From assembly GCA_964270895.1 (NCBI GenBank), contig OZ185439.1: a stretch of DNA of 64,000 bases; one strand, 5' to 3'. Of the stretch, positions 61,801 to 64,000 are shown piece by piece; positions within the stretch are counted from its first letter, which is position 1; each line of letters starts with the position of its first letter. A program made the position numbers and the translations under genes. Source of the stretch: Podarcis filfolensis (taxonomy: Eukaryota). The notes below the pieces were generated by a model. That model saw only the letters and a list, made by a program, of their open reading frames with translations. It did not search any database and had not been told where the DNA came from.

Positions 61801-62664
61801 AAAGAAAAGAAAAGAAAAAAGAAAGAAGAGGAGCTTGAACCAGAACTAGCTGGGACTCCATATACTTGCAGATCTTGTATCTCTGTGCAGACCAGCTTAC
61901 TGAATGTCATTTTCCTCCTTTCCTTCCTCCTTGTCTTTCTGGAAAAAAGATTGTGGCTCTGAGCACTGTAGTGTGGAGTGTTTCTTCTTCCTGTAAGGAA
62001 ATTCTGCAGGCTGTACCACATATTGTCAGCAATGGAAGAAGGGGAAGCCATGGGCCAAACAGTGCAGGAGATCCATGGTCAAATGTCTGATCTTCTTTTC
62101 CCCTTAAAAGCAACATCATAGATCTGAATCTGACTACTACCCCACTCCAGTGTAATAAGAAGTACTGGAGAAAAATGCAGCAATTAGCAGATGTGTGTAT
62201 AGATGTGAGGTTTATGTCAGATAAGAAATAGCACAGGTACTGGGACTCCAAATTTGGCAGCCTGGAATCTTACTCTTTTTTGGATAAAGAAGGGCAGCTA
62301 GATCATCAGATCAATGGTACCAAATGCAGAGGTGCTGGAACTGACCTAGACCAGGCCCGAGACAGAGCCCAAGTCTGTTGGATTGGGGCATTTGAGCCAG
62401 GAAATCCCTGACTTGGGCTCTTTGGATTCTGTCCTCTTAAAGCTTGTACCCTCTGACAAATTAACACATACACCAAGGACTCACAATGCCGGGTTATCCC
62501 CTCAGCATAGACTACAAGCCTGGAAGGAATTGTCAGAGAGAAGGAGGAGGGCTAGGCTCCAAGCCAGATGTTTTAAAACACTCCAATCCTCAAGCAAGGC
62601 GCTGAGCCTGGGAAGGGTGATCTGGCTTTGGAGTCACAAAAAGCTTCAGGACAGTCCTTCCCCC

Positions 62665-62750
62665 CAAAGAATCCTGGGAACTGTAGGTTTCCTCTCACAG
62701 AGCTACCATTTTCAGCATCCTTAACAAATGACAGTCCCCAGGATTCTTTG
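62665..62750. mobile_element. Short palindromic MITE
   Basis: 20-bp arms caaagaatcctgggaactgt / acagtccccaggattctttg (1 mismatch). Confidence 0.65.
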
Positions 62751-63276
62751 CTTTAAAGTTTTTGCTTTAGAGTCATGTGCTTTAAATTTGTGCCGAATAT
62801 GCTTTAAATGTAGAGTGTAGATCTTGGTCACTTGGAGCTTTCCATGGTGCTGCAGCCACTGACCCACCTTGCTGCCTTGCCCCATTGTGTCCTGTAGGCC
62901 TCTTGTCCAGCTCTGGACAGTACAGTAGGAGGTTAGGGCTGAATGTGTTATCTGCCACAATCACTGCTCTGATCTAATTTGGACCCTCTGCCAGAGCCAG
63001 CTTTCAAGTCGAGATCCAGTTATGGATCTTCAATATAACATACAGATTGGCTTTTCTTGAGCTTTTCTTGAGCAGGAAACTCTTTCTTTCTCTAGTTTTC
63101 TCCATCTCTACCCCTATAACTGGTCAGCCGTCCTCCAGGAGCAGGAAAAAGCTTTCACGCCAATGGCCATAGGTATATATACCACACCTTGTTTTCCTCC
63201 AGCAGTTGCTGTAAGTTGTCAGTCTTGTCTAGACTGCCACTGCCTTAAGCTATTTGTCAGGAAATTCCCACTTGTG

Positions 63277-63310
<34 letters not shown>

Positions 63311-63411
63311 ATGAGGAGGAGTAATGCATTTAGCACATAGGGCCACCACAGAGGCCAGACTTCTGATGGTCACATAAGTAAGGTTCGTTGCAGGACATGG
63401 GAATTCTGTAT

Positions 63412-63546
63412 CAGGAATGAGGAACCTCTGGCCTTCCAGATGTTGCTAGACTGCAACTCCCACCATCCCACGCCACTGATTGAGCTGGCTGGGGCCGATG
63501 GGAATTGGATTACAACAACATCTCAGAGGCCACAGGTTCCCTACCA
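63412..63546. mobile_element. MER5-like hAT MITE, decayed
   Basis: ggaacctctggcc...cagatgttg / caacatctcagaggccacaggttcc inverted arms around a gactgcaactccc core. Confidence 0.6.
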
Positions 63547-63664
63547 CTTTTTCTACATGTGTGATGTGGAGCAATGTATTAATTTTCCTTTCCAGCTTCC
63601 TTAAGAAAAGACAAAGTAGGAAAGGGAGAGCTGGCTCTGCATTATGCTCACAGTGTGAAAAGTT

Positions 63665-63823
63665 ACATAGGATACATAGGAGCAAGCATCTTCACCACAC
63701 TGCCTGACAGCAGCTCTCCAGGGTTTCAGGCAGGGGTCTCTCCCAGCTGTACTTGGAGATGGCAGGGATTGAACCTGGAACCTTCTGAATGGAAGGCAGA
63801 TGCTCTAACACAAAGCCTTCCCT
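63665..63823 (-). mobile_element. tRNA-derived SINE
   Basis: Reverse of agagcatctgcc...cagaaggttccaggttcaatccctgccatctcc...ctgcctgaaaccctggagagctg, with an (acatagga)n tail. Confidence 0.7.
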
Positions 63824-64000
63824 CACATTGCCACATCAAGTATGTTGGCTGTTGACAATTCTGCAGGTGGAGATAGGCAGAGAAAGCAAGATGTAATCAT
63901 GCACAAACACACAAGCAACAAGGGATGGCTCTTCTTCCATTGTTCCTCTCGTAGCATCTAAATTTCTCTAGGAGTTGGGGGTAGGGAAATTAACAGCTGT

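Noticed and set aside
41129-64000. HPSE2 exon 4 (..SLDKLYNFADCSGLHLIFALN..) or a nested protein-coding gene in intron 3
   Set aside because: Not found by eye or in the ORF track; intron 3 is very long in mammals, so exon 4 is expected beyond the window.

Overview
Vertebrate genomic DNA, almost certainly from a squamate reptile; the Sauria SINE, Squam3-type SINEs and the set of Tigger/hAT MITEs point to a lacertid-like lizard. The only gene recognised with confidence is the 5' part of heparanase 2 (HPSE2, + strand): coding exons 1-3 at 23735-23994, 24901-25058 and 40967-41128, with canonical, phase-compatible splice sites. The rest of the window after 41128 is intron 3. HPSE2 lies at the right end of a ~11 kb CpG-retaining domain (about 14.5-25.3 kb). 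At the left end, an orphan CpG island (about 2.8-3.3 kb) appears to drive a divergent minus-strand multi-exon gene that I cannot name: two phase-compatible open exons (1864-1670 and 948-759) with a strong-Kozak ATG. Everything else is TE-rich intergenic or intronic DNA (CR1, L2, L1, RTE-type, Penelope, SINEs, hAT and Tigger-like MITEs). Notable structural finds: a Penelope fragment with an intact minimal hammerhead ribozyme; a 648-bp unit with 132-bp, 96%-identical inverted arms, inward-facing TATA boxes and an enclosed decayed L2 fragment; and several long fold-back hairpins. No database searches were possible, so family names rest on recalled consensus features, and novelty is untested.
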